Source: Octopus vulgaris
Lineage: Eukaryota
DNA: 64,000 nucleotides
Assembly: GCA_951406725.2 (NCBI GenBank)
Contig: OX597814.1
Coordinates: 18,848,001 to 18,912,000 of the forward strand
Direction: 5' to 3'
In this document: one piece after another, positions 1 to 13,860 of the stretch
Layout: every line of letters starts with the position of its first letter
Position numbering within the stretch: the first letter of the stretch is position 1
The notes under the pieces: model-generated
Told to the model about the DNA's origin: nothing
The model's input: only the letters and a program-made list of their open reading frames with translations
The model's database searches: none
Program-made: the position numbers and the translations under genes

Positions 1-179
1 CATTGATACGACTCTTAATCTTTCTTTCTCTCTCTCTCTCCTCCCTTATTCCCCCTCCTTTCTTTCCCTCTCCATCCGTTTCCCCCCCCTTCTACGTTTC
101 TCTATCTCTCTCACCTCCAGCCCCCTCGATCTGTCTCTTTCTTCTCCTCCCTCGTCCACCTTCTCTCTCTTTTCATCTG

Positions 180-710
180 TCCCTTTCTCTTGTATTTTGT
201 TCTCACGTGACCGCTGACCGCTGTTGAGCGCTCTTTTCGTTCCAGCAGCCGTTGAAGCAACACGTACTTGTTCGTCTCCCTGTGGCCATTAGGCACAACT
301 TCATAAGCCAGCCCCATGCTCAATTCGTCCTGTCGAAAGACCCTTGTCCTACGTCCTGGTTTTGTTTTGTTGTTTATTTTTTATACTTTATTTTTACCGT
401 TATTGTTTTTACGTTTTTGTATTCTTATTGTTGTCACGTATTCTGTATTTTTGTTCGTGTACTTCGTTCGTTTTCCGTCCTCGTGTTGTATACATTCGAA
501 GCTTTCTTCCAGGGGATCTAATGCACTTGGCTTAGATTTCCCGTGGCGGGCTGCCCATATCGGAGCAATCTCAAGATTAATCAGCCGAAATTGCTAAGAT
601 GATCTGGTTCTTGACTGATGACTGAGGGCTTCGAATGTCCCATCCTGTGGTTCTTGTGTCGTCTCTGTGGCGTTTCATGTTCTTGTCCATGTCTGTAATT
701 ATTTTTACTG
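180..710 (+). mobile_element. Probable retroelement terminal cassette with structured-RNA potential (possibly Penelope-like)
   Basis: Non-simple island between a CT-rich tract and (TA)/(GATA)n. 492-506 pairs with 624-638 (15 bp, 2 G-U). Decayed hammerhead-like CTGTCGA-AAGAC-cctt-GTCC at 330-349. Confidence 0.35.
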
Positions 711-716
711 TTTACC

Positions 717-725
717 TATATATAT

Positions 726-822
<97 letters not shown>

Positions 823-824
823 CA
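717..824. repeat. (TA)n/(GATA)n microsatellite
   Basis: Direct reading. Confidence 0.95.
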
Positions 825-1150
825 GATGGCTATAACACAAAAACGTATAAAATACACACCAATATTCACTGTATAAAATGTAATTTAAACTAGCGTAAGC
901 AAAGGTGCAAAAGAAAATGAAGTGAGTGAATAGAGAAAAGTTTAATGACACACAGACCTTGGACGGAACTGTGTCATCTGACTAAATCGAAGTATAAGGA
1001 GGAGAACTTCAAACAATAAAACGTACGATAATCAAAATTTTACAACGGGTTTTGTGTATTATCTTATTTGATAATTGCATTTTTGTTTTTTAAATGACAT
1101 TATTTCGAGAGAAATGATGGTTTCACAAGGCCAACAGATTATGAGATGGT

Positions 1151-1555
1151 GATGAGTCGATTACATTGACCACAGTCTTGTTCAAGAGGTACATATATTA
1201 TCGACTGTTAAAGAAGAGACGGTAAAGGCAACCGTGGCATGATTTGAGCGCAGGATGCAAATAGTTCGAATAATTGCCATTAAGAATTTTGTTCTACGCG
1301 CTGGTGATTCCGCTCATCCCTTAAAATTTGAGAAAGAGTATTACTTTCTACTATAGGCACAAGACCTGAAGATTGTTGGGTGGGACCTACTCGATTATAT
1401 CGACACCAATGCGAAACTGATACTTATGTCATCGACCCCGAAAGGATAAAAAGCAAAGCCGACCTCGTCGAAATTTGAACTCATACCGTAAAGACGGACG
1501 AAATGAAGCTAAGCATTTTGCCCGTCGTGTTAACTACCTGCCAGATAGCCGCCTT
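1151..1555 (-). mobile_element. Two diverged SINE family C copies
   Basis: Reverse complement of the family C core (gtcgactttgcctttcatcctttcggggtcgat). 1151-1320 is highly decayed; 1339-1555 is clearer. Confidence 0.7.
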
Positions 1556-1843
1556 ATTTCGAGAAAAAAATACAATAGTAAAGATTGTGAATTATTGATC
1601 TACTGTTTATCGATTACGCGGATCATGGGAACTACTTAGATACATAATCAATAGCTTGGTTAAAAGGTTTCAACGCATATACGCTTCGGAGTTGTACTGT
1701 ACGTCTCATTTGAGCATCTTCTACAATGGTTTATGTTGGATCAAGCTATCCTGGTAAGACTATGAAAAGAAATGTGTTGAAGTGGGCCGGATACATTGCA
1801 GCCGTTATTGGTTGGTAGATCAGTCTTTCGTTTTAACATTACC

Positions 1844-2008
1844 TATTTCTTTATTATCCACAAGGGGCTAAACATAGAGGGGACAGACAAGGACGGACAT
1901 AGGTATTAAGTCGATTACATCGACCCCTGGTACTTAATTTATCGACCCCGAAAGGATGAAAGGCAAAGTCGACCTCGGCGGAATTTGAGCTCACAACGTA
2001 ACGACAGA
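1844..2008 (-). mobile_element. 5'-truncated SINE family C with 15-bp TSD
   Basis: TSD cgttttaacattacc at 1829-1843 and 2009-2023; body matches the 5798-6033 copy. Confidence 0.9.
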
Positions 2009-3022
2009 CGTTTTAACATTACCGTCTAGCCATAAGGTATTCTTTGTACGATCAACTCCATTACAAACATTAACACCGTAAATTAATACATTCATAGTGT
2101 TATAATTTCACAGCGCACACGATACTACTTGATTTGAAAGTTTATTGAAAATACCCTTAAATTTTACTTCGTCTATACCGTATTGCTTATTATAAGATAT
2201 CTACATCTGACCCAAGCTCTCCATAATGTACGATTTGCCCTTCATGAATACAGGACAACACCTGGTGTCACTTTCTTATCTACGACGTGAAGCCGTGATT
2301 AGAGGAAAATCTGGCATATTTTATTGGAGATCAAGTCACGCTGTAAATAGTTTCAATTTAGAACGGTTTGTGGATGTAATTTATGTAATATATAATAGAT
2401 ATTGATATGATTCACAGTTGCATGTCTGGTGAACTGACGCAGTTATTCTACCATACAAAATACAAAATACTCTATTTAGTCATTTTAATCCCTTATAAGA
2501 CAGTATTTGCACGTTAGTTAAAAGATCATAGCAGTGACATTTATAAACTGAAAGTTTTCAATGTTACTCACCTATGTGATTTGTTACCAAAAATTACAAC
2601 TAGTTTGATGGCTGGAACAAGACGAAACAATAAGAGGCTTTTTGTTTTTCTTTGTTAATTGTCCTTTGATCATACGACTTTTGGTAAGTAGATTGAAAAT
2701 AGATTCGCTTTGCTTTTTCAGTAAGTTCCCAATATGAAACCAACCCGGAATGTTGAGGGTATCCGGATATGGCGATAGAAAATGTAATATTTTAATTATT
2801 TTTATCAGCAAAATTACACGGATGCTAAAAAAAAAAACTATAACGAAAATAAAAGGAATGCTTTTATGATGCTATAAAGTAACAAGGCATAAAATCACAA
2901 GAAAGACACAAAAAAACGTTGTTACAGTTTAAAGGTTACTATTATTTATTTCTAAAACAATCTCCATCTGTACCAGCATACATCTACTTAAACATATACA
3001 TACATACTCATATATATATTTA

Positions 3023-3097
<75 letters not shown>

Positions 3098-3477
3098 CTA
3101 TGTGTATGTATGTATGTATGAGTGTGTCTATGTATGTATAAGATGCTATCAATTTCGATTGTCGAATAACTTGAACATACAGTGAGAGATATCATCATAG
3201 CATAAAACTTGTAACATCAATCAGAGATAAAAGAAGGCATATTTTAATGGATATTTTACTGTGAATGCACTAATAGGCTAAAGCATTCTATATTATTATG
3301 ATTGATAGTTATAAACATTGTATCGTTAATATAAGAAGCAAATGTAGTATTTAAATTTATGGGTAACACGCCTCAGTTGGTTACAAAATCAATTTTAAAT
3401 CTAAAGGAAACATTAATTCCATATCGTCTCCTGTGAATTAGAGTACTGATTTATGCCCATATTTGTAAGCAGATTAG

Positions 3478-3520
<43 letters not shown>

Positions 3521-3609
3521 TTGTTATACACAAACGTATATGTGTAGCCTATATGTGTATGTATATGTATAGTTGTAGTATGTACATTATATGTTTGTAT
3601 GTATGTAAA

Positions 3610-3675
<66 letters not shown>

Positions 3676-4600
3676 GCATGCTCATACATGCTCACACATA
3701 CAGAGTGAAATTCAAACTCGGTTGCCTTTTGAAAAACATCGAATTCTCGGTGGTGCAGAAATTTCTAGACATTTCATTTAAAGTTAAAATTAAATGCGAG
3801 ATTCTTATTGGATGAGAAAATAAACTTTCAACTTTTCTTTCACAAGATCTATGTGAGATCAATCTCGTTCGGGTAGCATTATAGCAATTTTGGATGAATT
3901 TAATTAAAGTTTTTGATGACTAATCTGGAATTTAAAACCATGAAACAAACAAAAAATAAATAATAAATAACGTGAATGCACGTTTATGTTTTAAATAAAA
4001 AAAAAATATCTGTTTGTCCAAACGTAAATGACTTTAAATTCGCTTTTTTTTTTGAAAAATCCTCTGTCATATAATTCATTCATTTGCCTTTGTACTTAGA
4101 CTTCGTTTTAAAATATCAGTGTGAACTTTAGTAGCTGCAGTGTATTCAAGATCAGTTCTGATCGAGCGCATCTTGATCGATAAGACCCACAGAATAATAA
4201 ATAGATAAATAAATAAAATAGATGGGTGATTTAAGATGGTAGAATAAAATTTAATGGAGATTTGTGTGATGTTTCACACAGGTTGAGCAAAGGATACTGA
4301 GTTCTTCATGAGGTCGTATAAACATAAAATGTTGTTGATATTTAACCCTAGGTGATGCCTGTTTACATACACACATACATGCATACGTACATTTGTTTAT
4401 CGAGGAAAACGGTGTCAAAATCAGCTCTCATTCATTTAAGCCACTGGTTCAGATATTTGCTATTTCAAGAGAGCCGATCAACTTCGTGGCTATGGATGAT
4501 GAGTTTAAAACGAATGCTCTGTCAGATCGACGAACGGCTCCATTGCAACTTGCTTAGCAATGGCTACGTGCATCGCAAGGTGTTTTTTTTCCTGGGAAAA

Positions 4601-5170
4601 TATTGGGTTGTCCGGAAAGTCAGTGCCAATTTTTCAAGGAAAGAAAAAGGTCAATAAATACTTGCCATTACATTTTTAATCAACCAAATATGAACCATTT
4701 TGTTGCACAATGCGTCTTCATCTTTCCTTTAACTTGAAAATACCCTCTTCCCAGAATTGAGGAGGTTTCATGGCAAAGAATTCATCAAGGTATCTTTTTA
4801 TGTCATCCAAGCAATTGAAATTTTTACCATTAAGACTATTCTGCAGAGACCTGAATTAGTGGAAATCCGAATGAGCAATATCTGGTGAATATGAAGCGAG
4901 AGGTAACACATTCCAGTCGAGCTGCAGCAATTTTTCTCTGGTTCCCAAAGCATCAAGTGCCGCGAATGAACTGTCTTATTTTCCATTTTAAAGGGTCACA
5001 GAATTAACACTGATTATAGGAACATAAACCTTCTTCCACGAAAAGATAGCTTAAACTGTGGTCTAAATGGAGGTGTAGTCAAATCATATTTAATGGACTC
5101 AACCGTGTTCTAAAATAAGTCGAAAGGTAAGCTACTATAAATCGGCACGAACTTTCCGGACAACCCAATA
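4601..5170 (-). mobile_element. Internally deleted mariner transposon
   Basis: About 30-bp TIRs (TA-ttgggttgtccggaaagt / actttccggacaacccaa-TA). Minus strand gives N-terminal MENKTVHSRHLMLWE joined to C-terminal ...WNVLPLASYSPDIAHSDFH*FRSLQNSLNGKNF...ER*RRIVQQNGSYLVD (YSPDLAP-type motif). Confidence 0.92.
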
Positions 5171-5599
5171 CAAAGGTAGTTTTCCACTGTCTTCGTTTTT
5201 CTTCATAATACAACATAATTTTGTCTGCGCACAGTACGGAGAGAGCAAGGGAAGAAACGTTCCCACAGATACTTTTTTTTATTATCAAATCTCGGAAGTA
5301 TGAAGAACACAACTGATATCGATAGGATTTTAACTCCGAAACCCCGAACAAATATTGAGCGAAGCTTTAACGGTTCAAGTCATAGTCTCTTAGACACGTG
5401 ATTGGACTGGATTAGATTGAATTGCTTATATTTAGTATACTGCAGGAAGAAGGCTTCATCATGTTCTCTCTCCCAACCACGATCTGATGTGGAGGCAGCG
5501 AATTTCAGCTTGAGATCATATTAGTTTGATGAGTCTACTCTCCACACTTGCTCGACAAGGCTTGGCAGAAGGGTACAGTTTTTATACTGATACCTAGGA

Positions 5600-5775
5600 T
5601 TAGTTAAGACGATTACATCGATCTCAGGAATCAACTGGTACTTAATTTATCGACCACGAAAGAATGAAAGGCAAAATTCGACGTCGGTGGAATCTGAACT
5701 CTGAACGTAAAGATGGACGAAATGCCGCTAAGCATTTCGCCCAGCGTGGTAGCGATTCTGCCAGACCGTGGCCAT
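5600..5775 (-). mobile_element. SINE family C, head-to-head with the next copy
   Basis: Reverse complement of the family C head and core. Confidence 0.8.
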
Positions 5776-5797
5776 TACGTGAGAACATGTTTAATCA

Positions 5798-6033
5798 TGA
5801 AGGTGGCGAGCGGGCAGAAACGTTAGCACGCCGGGCGAAATGCTTAGCGGTATTTCGTCTGCCGCTACGTTCTGAGTTCAAATTCCGCCGAGGTCGACTT
5901 TGCCTTTTATCCTTCCGGGGTCGATTAAATAAGTACCAGCTACGCACTGGGGGTCGATGTAATCGATTTAATCCCTTTGTCTGTCCTTGTTTGTCCCTTC
6001 TATGTTTAGCCTCTTCTGGGCAGTAAAGAAATC
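5798..6033 (+). mobile_element. SINE family C, full length, 16-bp TSD
   Basis: tRNA-like head with B-box gagttcaaattcc; TSD agaacatgtttaatca at 5782-5797 and 6034-6049. Confidence 0.92.
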
Positions 6034-6784
6034 AGAACATGTTTAATCAAAATGAAAAACACGAGATTCAGGAGCTCGTTAGAGAAAAAAATGTAATCTG
6101 CTTTCATTCCAAGAACTTATATTTACTATCAAATTATATACACTCTCGCTGCTTCTCTACGTTCAACTACTTAAAGTGTTCTGTCTATATTTTTATCTAT
6201 TTTCGGTTATACGTATTTTTCTCTGCAGCAGTTTATTTAACTTCTTGTGCAATACATGTTGCCCAGAAACTTTAGTAGACACTAAAGTTTTGATCAGTTG
6301 TATATCTACGACTATAATAAACTATCTACAAATATTAAAAAAAGAAAACGTGTGTCGACTTCGGCATTTGACTGATACTTATTTTATCGATCTTGGAATG
6401 GAAGAAACGCGAAGTTGACGAACTACATTAACAAAATGACAATAAAGATGGGCAGCGCACACACACACACATATACAGAAACACACACGAACGCACAGAC
6501 GCACGCGTACAAACACTGACAAGCACATACACTAAAGTAATACTAACAGCAGGAATAACAGTAAGGAAATCAAAAGTGGACACCATAAAGTACAATATTG
6601 ACAGCAACATCAGCATCAACACCAGTAGTAACATCAACAAGAACCATGTAAGTTTCGCAAGGACATATTTTCGTAATGTTCCGCGTGATCACAACTAGCA
6701 AGAGTATTTATATGTTACTGAAAAGAAATACACGCTTGGTGAGACAGATGTCGTTGAGCTAATTTTAAAGGTAGAAAATGTGAT

Positions 6785-7427
6785 GTAGAAAAAGACGGCG
6801 AGCGGGCAGAAACGTTAGCACGCCGGGTGAAATGCTTAGCGGTGTTTCGTCTGCCGTTATGTTCTGAGTTCAAATTCCTCTGAGGTCGACTTTGCCTTTC
6901 ATCCTTTCGGGGTCGATTAAATAAGTACTAGTTACGCAGTTACGCACTGGGGTCGATATAATCGTCTTAATCCGTTTGTCTGTCCTTGTTTGTCCCCCTC
7001 TATGTTTAGCCCTTTGTAGGCAGTAAAGAAATAAGAAACGTTAGCACGCCGGGCGAAATGCATTTCGTCTGCCGCTACGTTCTCGGTTCAAATTCCGCCG
7101 AGGTCGACTTTGCCTTTCATCCTTTCGGGGTCGATAAATTAAGTACCAGTTACACACTGGGGTCGATATAATCGACTTAATCCGTTTGTCTCTCCTTGTT
7201 TATCCTCTCTGTGTTTAGCCCCTTGTGGGTAGTAAAGAAATAGGTATTTCGTCTGCCGTTACGTTCTCAGTTCAAATTTCGCCGAGGTCAACTTTACCCT
7301 TTCAGCCCTTCAGGGTCGATAAATTAAGTACCAGTTACGCACTGGGGTCGATGTAATCGAGTTAATCCCTTTGTCTGTCCTTGTTTGTCCCCTCTGTGTT
7401 TAGCCCCTTATGGGCAATAAAGAAATA
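6785..7427 (+). mobile_element. Tandem trimer of SINE family C inside one TSD
   Basis: Units start at about 6793, 7034 and 7243; TSD agaaaatgtgat at 6773-6784 and 7428-7439. Confidence 0.88.
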
Positions 7428-8249
7428 AGAAAATGTGATATTGAGGTGCTTAAGCTTGGACTGAATCTCTCAACTTACTTCCGGTGACCTACTTTCAACC
7501 ATCCTTTGAGACTAACCTATTTCTCACTCGCTTAAGCTATTTGTGACTTGAACATATGGATGAATGTTACACTAAGTTTCTGCTTATCTAAAGCAGGCGA
7601 TCAAATGTAAACCAATAATTGTAATCACTTAAAACAGATTGTTCGAGATCAAGTGTTCAGATTGTAAATGAGATGAGATCGTAACTAGTTCCGGTTTGCT
7701 GTTGAAACTATGCTCCTTGTCTATTTAACCTCTAAGCAATTCGATTTTACTACGCCATTAAATCTAATTAGTGATTCAATCATCACTTCATCGACGTTGA
7801 CAAAGAAGATTGAGCCTCGATGATGATGTCAGAATAATATCGGAATAGGTCGGCAACAATTAAACTATTATAAATACTTGACTGATAATTTTTTTCCCAG
7901 TACGTCGTCATTTCAATTTAACATTTTAAATTCTGTATTCATTAAATGTCGTTATTAATTTAGCAATTATTTGCATGTAGATGATTTCTCAGAGTTATAT
8001 ATTTTCAAATCAATATCCTTCTCTTATTCCAACCAATGTACATTTGCATAATTATTTTTTCATCTCTATTTCTGCAAGTGTTGGGATCGTGTTTCGCTGA
8101 GAAATTAAGAATGAAACCGAATCATGCCCACAAGTACCTCGTATTTGACTAGTAACAATATCGAGTGACAGTTTATTTCTACTGGCATCCATTATATTTT
8201 CAATATATTAAACAGTTTAACCTCAAATTCATCTTCACTCGGGGCTTCA

Positions 8250-8494
8250 CCACTCCTGAAGGAGAAACCCCTTCCCTGGACTCTTTTCCCTTCTGTCTGC
8301 CTCTGGCCACTCGCGGCTGTGTAGGTCCCCAGGTAGTGAATGGGATCATCTCGCCATCTTGTCGTTAATCGGCCTCTTGATCTTGTATATTGCTTTGATG
8401 TTCATTTCATCAACCTGATTGTCCATCTCTTTTCCGCCAGTCCCTCGATGCGGCCAACCCATCTATATTCGCTCTCCCGGGCTCTCAACACTAC
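8250..8494 (-). pseudogene. Decayed RTE-clade LINE ORF 3' fragment
   Basis: Minus translation YRWVGRIEGLAEKRWTIRLMK*TSKQYTRSRGRLTTRWRDD resembles the RTE C-terminal RW.GH...RW...R.RGRP..RW.DD motif. Confidence 0.7.
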
Positions 8495-9562
8495 CGTGAT
8501 GAAAGCCCTCAGCAAATGGAATGAATCATGTTCGGTGTCACATTGCCATTGCAAGACAGGAAAAACAACGGCTGGATTCGACAGCTGACGAGAGTCAACG
8601 ACGTTGATAAAATATTGAAATGATTCATTTTAGTTTCGCCGTTATTTTTGATGTCATTGTCATCGTTATTGGTTTTTATATTTTTAGTCATGAGTTCGTA
8701 TTGTTAAACACCGGTCAACAGTGAATGAGTAGATTTATGATCAAAATCATTCTAGCCATGACCACCCTACTTATCTGAAAATGGCTATTTGATAAGATAT
8801 TATATGCTGACTTTGTTTTAAACTCTGTATTGGGTGATTTCAAATAAGTTTACTTTTATTTTTACAGGTTGAAAAACTACATGGAAGCCACAACATTCCA
8901 TTTCTCTACTTCAGATTAATAAGAACCAAATAAACAATTAAGTTAATTTTTATCATTTAATCCCAGGTATATATCCTGATCACGCAAACACATTTTTCAG
9001 AGATTGTGTAACTGAGACTACGTTTTAAAAGTCAGCATTCCTTTCTGAAATAGTGATGAGTAATTATAGGAAGATTTGGCTGTTATTGTTAGCGGAAGGC
9101 TCAGCCCTGTACGTAAAGGCCTTTCTCACTGTCTCATAAACAGTTAGATATAGCTATAAGTAAATCCATTCTAGCTCAGCTTAATAATCATCAAAGGCAA
9201 TAAAAAGTAGTAACCTAAGGTTATTTTAGCACTATCGTTCTTTCTTACTCAGCTGGGGGGGGGGGGGAGCTTGAATATGTGGTGTTCATGATTTCCTCAC
9301 CACCAATGGCATTAGCGAATTAACAACGTAGCTCAAATGAAAATTGTTCCAAATCGGAAATCGAAACCGGACACAGCGGACGCGTCGCAACGGGAGACAT
9401 TATTCATTCAACGCTAGTTTACGTACAGTACGCTGCACGGAACTGCTTGCACACACATACGCAGGTATATACATATACATACACGGAAATACATAAAATA
9501 CGCATATATATATACGCATATATATACACATATATATGTATATATACACACGCATATACATA

Positions 9563-9611
<49 letters not shown>

Positions 9612-10440
9612 TTACACATAATCCCACAAAGATATAGACGCAAACAATACACAAATCTATGCCCAAATGTATAAATAGGTATACACATATACATAAATAC
9701 ATTCGTGCCTGCATGCGTACATACATACACATATACGTACATACATACGGAGTCTCAAAAAAGAAAAGATTTTTTATAATCCTAGATGATATTTCAAGCT
9801 AAGTTTCAATGAAGTAATTACCTCAATGGAGCTGTCATATCCTCACATCTCTTTAAATAAATAAATAAATAAATAACAAAAGGCGTAAGAAAGAAAGAAA
9901 AGAAAATGGCAGAGGGAATGGGGAGAAAAAATGGCGGCTATGCAAAATGACTTCCTTCTTCTCTTCCTGTTTGCCGACGTTTTCACAGCCATTTGTGCCA
10001 TTTCGTCTCTATCATTTACCTCCTTTCTCTCTCTTTCTCCCTCTTTCCCTCTGTCTCTCTGTCTCTCTCTCTCTCTCCCTCTTTTACCTCCCTTGTTCCC
10101 GTTCTTTCTATCTTGTTTGCTTTTTGTTATTATCTTTTCGTTCTGTCTCGTTGATGTCCCTACTAAAAAGGTTTTGTGCAAGGTGCCAAGACCCCCTGGC
10201 CGAGTTGTGTCTTTATCACATTTCAAAGTTGGCTTTTTATACCGATACTAACGTACTTTCTTGAAAGCTATTACGGCCGTTTTATATATATATATGGCCG
10301 GTACATGATATTCTGCGTTTCAATGTGGAGAGTGACATAAAAACTGGATGTGAAGGGAGATAGAAGAAAGCGAAAGGAGGAAGAGATAACGATAGGTTGA
10401 AAGAAAAGGGCGAGAAATAAAGAAAACATAAAGAAACAAT

Positions 10441-10544
10441 TGTAGTAGTGGTAGTACTAGTAGTAGTAGTGGAGGTGGTGGTGGTGGTGGTGGTGGTGGT
10501 GGTGGTGGTAGTGGTGGTGGACGGTGGTGATGGTTTAGGTGGCA

Positions 10545-10622
<78 letters not shown>

Positions 10623-10755
10623 ATAGTAGTAGTAGTAGTAGTAGTAGTAGTAGATTTTACAAGGTACGTTTGACGGATATTTTTCTCACCATCGGCATCA
10701 TCACCATCATCATCTTCGTTGTCATCATCATTATCATTATCATCACCACCACCAA

Positions 10756-10797
<42 letters not shown>

Positions 10798-11097
10798 TAT
10801 CGTCATCGTCATCATCGCCGTCATCATCATCATCGTCGTCGTCTTCGTCGTCGTCGTTGACATCCTTATCACCACCACAACCACCATCATAACCATCGTC
10901 ATCGTCATCATCGTCGTCATCATCATCATCGACATCGTCATCATCGTCGTCATCATTATCATCATCATCATCATAATTTTCAGTAACAATGGCATCAGCA
11001 TTAGCGCCATCACCGTCATCATTGTCGTCTTGTCGCAGTGGCCATCGCTGTCGTCGTTGTCGTTCCCAATATCGTCATCATCATCGTCATCATCATT

Positions 11098-11125
<28 letters not shown>
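10441..11125. repeat. Compound trinucleotide tract (GTG/TAG/CAT/CGT)n
   Basis: Direct reading; explains ORFs 10448-11194 and 10657-11205. Confidence 0.9.
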
Positions 11126-11128
<3 letters not shown>

Positions 11129-12161
11129 ATAAAAGATAAACTAACAAAGAATAAAACAGCTAACCACAAGGATAAAATAAATAAAAAAAAATAGAAGAAA
11201 TACACATAAAACTACAACAACAACAACAACAACAACAACGCTACAACAACAAATATAACAAGTGCGAGTACAATAACAACAACAACAAGAAATCGGCAAT
11301 AATAATCATTTCTTTGCTAGCCAGAAGGACAACATAAAAATAATAACAGTAACAGCATAAAAAAATAGCAATAACAAAAACAACAACAAAATCAGTAACA
11401 AGAACAATCTCAACAACAACAACAACAGCAACAACAACATCTACAGCAGCAGTAGCGAAAAGAACGGAACGTAAACGGAGCCATGATAAACAACAACAAC
11501 GACAACAACGCTTGCGAAAAGTAGTAAAAACAAGCTCTAAAACAACACAATAACACCATAAAATAAAACCAACAACGATAACAACAATAAAGAAGGCAGT
11601 AACAGAAAGTCAGTTGGTCATTTCATGTGTCTTGACCCTCCTGTCTGCAGCCTGTTAGGCTTAAATTTATATGGGCCTTCCTTAAACACATCATAAATCA
11701 ACGGTGTGCGCATGTCCGGTTGCCGGAAACTATCTCAAGGATCTGAGCCAAGAACGAATGGAAAGGTGCGTGCGTTAGTGAGACATTTATATGTGGTGTG
11801 TGTGTGTGTGTGAGTGTAGAATATAGGTGTGAATGTATGTATAGATTTATGCGTGTTTATTCTGTCTGTATGGTTTTATCAAAGATAAACATGGCTAGAT
11901 AGATTATCAATACATACGTGGATGCGTACGAGCATAAATACATGTATACATACATACATACGTGCATAAACGCATCCATCTATCCATCCAACATAAATGT
12001 GCGTGTGTCTGTGTGCGTTTGTGTCTGTCTGTGTGTGTGTGTGTGTGCCGATTTATGCATGCGTGTATGGATTTGTGTGTGGTTAGATAAGATACATAAA
12101 CATATCTGTCTACGTCTCTTATCTAACTACATAGACACACACTGATATATAGAATATGCTG

Positions 12162-12193
<32 letters not shown>

Positions 12194-12461
12194 TGTATGT
12201 ATGTATGTATGTATGTATGTATGTATGTATGTATGCATGCATATGTATGTGTATATGTATGCATATGTATGTGTATATGTATGTATAAACGCAGGTGAAT
12301 CAATATTAGATTAAAATATTCATGTGGATTTCATTTATACTGTTTATAGAAACCTAGAACGGCTGTATTATTTGTAGTATTAATAGAAACTTCTCTTCAG
12401 AAACATTGTGCTGAAAACTTAGATCGTTGAGAATGCGGTTAGGAGCTTTGAAGGGGTGTGT

Positions 12462-12496
12462 AACACCGGTGTTTCAGCTTCATTTTACCTCGTCAG
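12462..12496 (-). ncRNA. Hammerhead-like motif with degenerate stem I
   Basis: Minus: CUGACGA-GGU-aaaaugaa-GCU-GAAAC-ACCGGU-GUU; palindromic stem III ACACCGGUGU. Confidence 0.5.
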
Positions 12497-13403
12497 TAAC
12501 TGATACCTTCGATCTTTTTGAGCTAAATCTGAGTTTTTATTCCGGTATGGAAATCAAGAAACACATCCTTTGTTGACTTGAGCGGAAGTTTGCTGAATTT
12601 AAGATAGAATCAATAAATGCTCTCGCAGTAGTATTAGATTAAAATCATTTGTTATAGTGTGTATTTAAACATAGACTAATGTGTATTTAAACATAGGTAT
12701 TTGGTGAGTTGGCTCTTACGGAGTTAATTCAACTAGAAGTAGGGTTTAAAAGAGGTTCCGTGGGGTATTTTTTGTTTGTTTTCAAATTATACGAATCAGT
12801 AAAGAGTGTAACTGCATTACACGTGCTGCAGAAATGAACTTGGTGTTTTTTGCCGCAACTGCATAATTCGGTGTTAAAGTGAACGTTCTAATTTCCTAAA
12901 GAAACTCGTGGAAGTTACCACACCTGCAAACTCTAAATAATATTTTGAGTTTTAAATACTATTCAGTATTATGCGTTGAGCAGAAATGGCATTGCAATAC
13001 ACCATTTATGTATGGACTACTCGCATATTTACAATTTTCTTTTAAATTTGATATTCCTTTTTAACAGCGTGACGAAATTAGACTGAGCTGCCATTGTTCT
13101 CTGATTAATAAACCTGACAGAAGTGATGTGTGTAAAGGTGTTTATGTGGTGAAGGGGCGGGAGGTATAGCGATATTTGCATGTATCCTTTTCGTTCCGAT
13201 TTCATATTAACTATCAAGAGATATGCTGGAGTCGGGAGAGATAAGATCGGTTTCGTACACTAGCGTCTCGGTATTACAAGGATTGTTGTGTGAACACTCT
13301 TCAATGCCTTTGCTGGTGCAATCTGTTTCTATATTAACTTCGGAGTGCATGTTAGCTCAACAAGAGTGACAGCGTCAATGCACTAAAAAAAGCTGCAACA
13401 AAG

Positions 13404-13512
<109 letters not shown>

Positions 13513-13811
13513 GTGGAGGTACAATGGCCCAGTGGTTAGTGCAGCAGACTCGCGGTTTCGATTCCCAGACCGGGCTTTGTGAGTGTTTATAGAGCGAAAA
13601 CACCTAAAGCTCCACGAGACTCTGACAGGAGGAGGTGGCGGTCCCTGGTGTACTTTTTCGCCACAACTTTCTCTCACTCTTTCTTCTGTTGGCCTGCTCG
13701 CTTAGCCAGCGGGGTGGCGTCATTAGAAGGCTAAAACAATGCGAAGTGCATTGTGACCAGCGATGTGTAGCAACATCTGATAGCCTGGTCGGTCACATGA
13801 TGATGATGATG

Positions 13812-13812
<1 letters not shown>
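13513..13812 (+). mobile_element. SINE family A (tRNA head), tail type 3
   Basis: Head ggaggtacaatggcccagtggtt...gtttcgattcc; tail ...catctgatagcctggtcggtcac(atg)n shared with the 32894 copy. Confidence 0.85.
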
Positions 13813-13860
<48 letters not shown>

